A stretch of DNA of 64,000 nt from an uncultured Trueperaceae bacterium (GTDB lineage: Bacteria; Deinococcota; Deinococci; Deinococcales; Trueperaceae). Made by a program: the position numbers and the translations under genes. Under the pieces are notes generated by a model. That model searched no databases and was not told the origin of the DNA. It worked only from the letters and a program-made list of their open reading frames with translations. Location: the NCBI GenBank assembly GCA_963799485.1, contig CAWCXJ010000001.1, forward strand, positions 64,001-128,000, written 5' to 3'. Shown piece by piece: positions 61,505-64,000 of the stretch (position 1 is its first letter; each line of letters starts with the position of its first letter).

Positions 61505-62539
61505 ATGTCTTTGACCGATGTTGAAATTACGGGTGCTCGAGCCGAGTCCGAGCGTCTCAAACCCGGCGCTGGCGACCCGGTGCTAGCGCGGCAGTGGATG
61601 GCCTTGGCCCGCAGCGAAGACGTTACCGATGAACCTTTACGCGCTGAACTTTTAGGTGAAGCAGTCGTCCTGTGGCGAAGTGAAACGGGTTTGAGAGCGT
61701 TTCGTGACCTCTGCATCCACCGGGGGGCAGCCCTGTCGCTCGGGCGGGTCGAGGGCGGCGAGCTGGTCTGTCCGTATCACGGCTGGCGTTACGGCGAAGA
61801 CGGCGCGTGTACGAAGATTCCGGCGCAACCTGCCGGGGCGAAGGTGCCGACGAAAGCGTGGGCGCTCACCTACGCGTGTGAAGAGCGTTACGGGCTCGTT
61901 TGGGTGGCGTTGGGGGCCCCTGAAACCGAAGTTCCTGTTTACGCCGAGGCCACTGAACCCGGTTTCTATACCCTCAGCGTCGGCCCCTATACGTTAAATG
62001 CCGAACCGCCCCGCGTCATCGAAAACTTTCTAGACGTGTCGCACCTCATGTGGGTCCACGAAGGCTTGTTGGGCGTCCCCGACTACGCCGAAATCCCCGA
62101 CCACCACGTCTACCGCGTCGGCAACACGCTCCGCAGCGACCCCATCGACATCTTTCAACCCGACCCCGACGGACGCGGCAAGGCGCTCACCAACCGTTAC
62201 GTCTACGAGGTTTTAGCCCCAACCACCGCCCGCTTCCGCAAAACCGACCCGGACACCGGCGAGGTCTTTTCGATGCTCCTGCACGCGACGCCGACCGCCG
62301 CAGGGGAGACGCTTGCCTACGCGCTCTTGTCGCGCAACTACGATTTGGACGCTTCTGATGAGACGTATATCGACTTTCAGAACACGCTGATGGCACAGGA
62401 CAAACGCATTATCGAGTCCCAGCGCCCGGAAAATCTGCCTTTGGATTTGCAGGCCGAGTTGCACCTCAAGTCGGACAGGTTGGCGATTGCGTATCGTAAG
62501 TATCTGAACGAGTTGGGAGTAGAAAGAGGAACCGCGTAG
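61505..62539 (+). CDS. Rieske non-heme iron oxygenase, VanA/NdmA-like demethylase type
   Basis: Rieske CIHRG...CPYHGW; iron site ENFLDVSH..WVH, QDKRIIESQ. Confidence 0.9.
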   Translation: MSLTDVEITGARAESERLKPGAGDPVLARQWMALARSEDVTDEPLRAELLGEAVVLWRSETGLRAFRDLCIHRGAALSLGRVEGGELVCPYHGWRYGEDGACTKIPAQPAGAKVPTKAWALTYACEERYGLVWVALGAPETEVPVYAEATEPGFYTLSVGPYTLNAEPPRVIENFLDVSHLMWVHEGLLGVPDYAEIPDHHVYRVGNTLRSDPIDIFQPDPDGRGKALTNRYVYEVLAPTTARFRKTDPDTGEVFSMLLHATPTAAGETLAYALLSRNYDLDASDETYIDFQNTLMAQDKRIIESQRPENLPLDLQAELHLKSDRLAIAYRKYLNELGVERGTA

Positions 62540-62573
62540 CTACAACCCGTTTCAGGTCGGGTAATATTTTGAA

Positions 62574-63179
62574 ATGGACATACTGGGTTTGCTAGAAGAG
62601 ATACAGACGGTTGCTCGTAATGGTCTCAATTACACGCAGAACATTTACGACCGTGAACGCTACGAACATCTGCTGAGCCTCAGTGTCCAACATTACGCCG
62701 AGCTGCTAGATAGCCCCACATCCGAGGTCAGAGAAAAGCTTAGCCAAGAGCTTGGTCATATCACTCCCAAACTTGGGGGTGACGCTGCTATTTTTGATGA
62801 CCAAGGACGTATTCTGCTCATGGACAGGGTAGATGGTAGCGGTTGGTGTCTGCCCTGTGGTTGGGTTGAACCCAATGAGCGCCCTGCTGATACGGCGGTT
62901 AGGGAAACGAAAGAAGAGACGGGACTCGAGGTCGAAGTACGCCGTCTAGTAGGTGTCTTCTCACGTCTTGCAAGCCAAACGACGGGTCTTCACAGCATGA
63001 GCGCGGTAGTTCATCTCTGTGATGTTACGGGCGGTGAACTTACGCTGTCCCATGAAGGTTTAGGGCTACGCTATTGGCATCTTGACGAAGTACCTCTCTG
63101 GTCTCCTGAGCATGACAAGAAGGCCCGAGCAGCGCACGCAATGTGGATTTCTGAAGACATGGACGCTGTTTCCGACTAG
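62574..63179 (+). CDS. Nudix hydrolase with N-terminal helical domain
   Basis: ARNGL.Y..N.YDRERY, TPK, GWVEPNE...AVRETKEETGL. Confidence 0.9.
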   Translation: MDILGLLEEIQTVARNGLNYTQNIYDRERYEHLLSLSVQHYAELLDSPTSEVREKLSQELGHITPKLGGDAAIFDDQGRILLMDRVDGSGWCLPCGWVEPNERPADTAVRETKEETGLEVEVRRLVGVFSRLASQTTGLHSMSAVVHLCDVTGGELTLSHEGLGLRYWHLDEVPLWSPEHDKKARAAHAMWISEDMDAVSD

Positions 63180-63214
63180 CTTCATATCTTCTACCCATAG
63201 CCAAGAAAAATACT

Positions 63215-64000
63215 CTACCGTTCCCCCCGTGTATACGGCTCTCCAAGCGCCGCCGGTGCCCCCGCCTGCCTGCCCCCGCGCCCAAGCGCAATCAGCGTTA
63301 GCGACAAGATAGTCACAAGGTACGGCAACATCTGCAAAAACTCGGCAGGAAACACGTTTTGTAACCGAAACGCCAGGTGAAAACACGCGCCGAAGATAAA
63401 CGCCGCAAAAATCGCCCGCACGGGTCGCCACGCCGCAAAAATCACGATAGCGAGCGCAATCCAGCCCATTCCGGCAGTCATCCCGTCCGTCCAGGTCGGG
63501 CGGTACGCCAAAGACAGATACGCCCCGGCAATCCCTGCCATTACGCCGCCGAACACCACGCAGAGGTAGCGCACCAAAAAGACGTTGATACCGAGCGCGT
63601 CGGTTGCTGCCGGGGACTCACCCGCCGAGCGGACGATGACGCCGATTTTGGTCGTAAACAGAACGACGCCGAGCAAAATAGCGACGATGAGCCCCGCATA
63701 GGTCAGCAGGTATTGACCCGTAAAAAGCGCAGGGCCGAGAATGGGCACAGCTGAGAGGCCCGGTACGTTTACGGTCTGCATCGGGTCGGTGAGCGGAATC
63801 CCGACGTAGTTGCGCCCCACAAGCCCCGCCAGCCCGAGGCCGAAGATGGTCAGCGCCAGCCCGGAAACGTACTGATTTGCCCGTAAAGTCACCGAAAAAA
63901 AGGCGTGAACGAGTCCGGCCAGTCCGCCGACGGCTGCGGCTGCGGCAAGTCCCAGCAGGGGAGAGCCGGTCGTCTGCGCGGCGATAAAGCCCGAAATCGC
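63215..64000 (-). CDS. Nucleoside-type ABC permease; 5' end lies outside the window
   Basis: ANQYVSGLAL, RSAGESP, GMGWIALAIVIFA.W.P, MLPYLVTI, APAALG.PY; frame open to window edge. Confidence 0.9.
   Translation of the reverse strand, partial: AISGFIAAQTTGSPLLGLAAAAAVGGLAGLVHAFFSVTLRANQYVSGLALTIFGLGLAGLVGRNYVGIPLTDPMQTVNVPGLSAVPILGPALFTGQYLLTYAGLIVAILLGVVLFTTKIGVIVRSAGESPAATDALGINVFLVRYLCVVFGGVMAGIAGAYLSLAYRPTWTDGMTAGMGWIALAIVIFAAWRPVRAIFAAFIFGACFHLAFRLQNVFPAEFLQMLPYLVTILSLTLIALGRGGRQAGAPAALGEPYTRGER

Overview
GC-rich bacterial chromosomal segment. It most resembles Deinococcota (Truepera-like), judged from protein families, frequent leaderless promoter geometry and a glmS ribozyme with extra core stems; this assignment is inference. 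Gene content in order: a minus-strand envelope cluster (tsaE-tsaB-mreB-S55 peptidase-lpxD-lpxC-GnnA-like oxidoreductase-fabZ-lpxA-lpxB-like-MsbA-like ABC-SAM methyltransferase); two large hypothetical genes flanked by related intergenic elements; gmk-rpoZ-coaBC; a decayed cupin/FAD-oxidase locus; an Rrf2/sulfite oxidase/SsuD-like sulfur module; gabT; rsmJ; a partial ebo-like cluster next to a lycopene cyclase and argB; a phosphohexomutase, M24 peptidase and tpiA; pheST with a candidate leader-peptide attenuator; glmS with a variant ribozyme; a GH38 sugar locus whose binding protein and LacI regulator are fused at a deletion junction; and a BMP-type nucleoside ABC locus interrupted by a Rieske oxygenase and a Nudix gene. 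No rRNA, tRNA, CRISPR array or intact mobile element was seen. The best leads are the glmS ribozyme with a 111-nt core insert, the unusual lipid A operon, the ebo variant, the strongly over-represented heptamer CCGTAAA, an MreB with Ala at the catalytic Glu, and the Rieske/purine-transport pairing. All calls come from reading motifs by eye; no searches were run.
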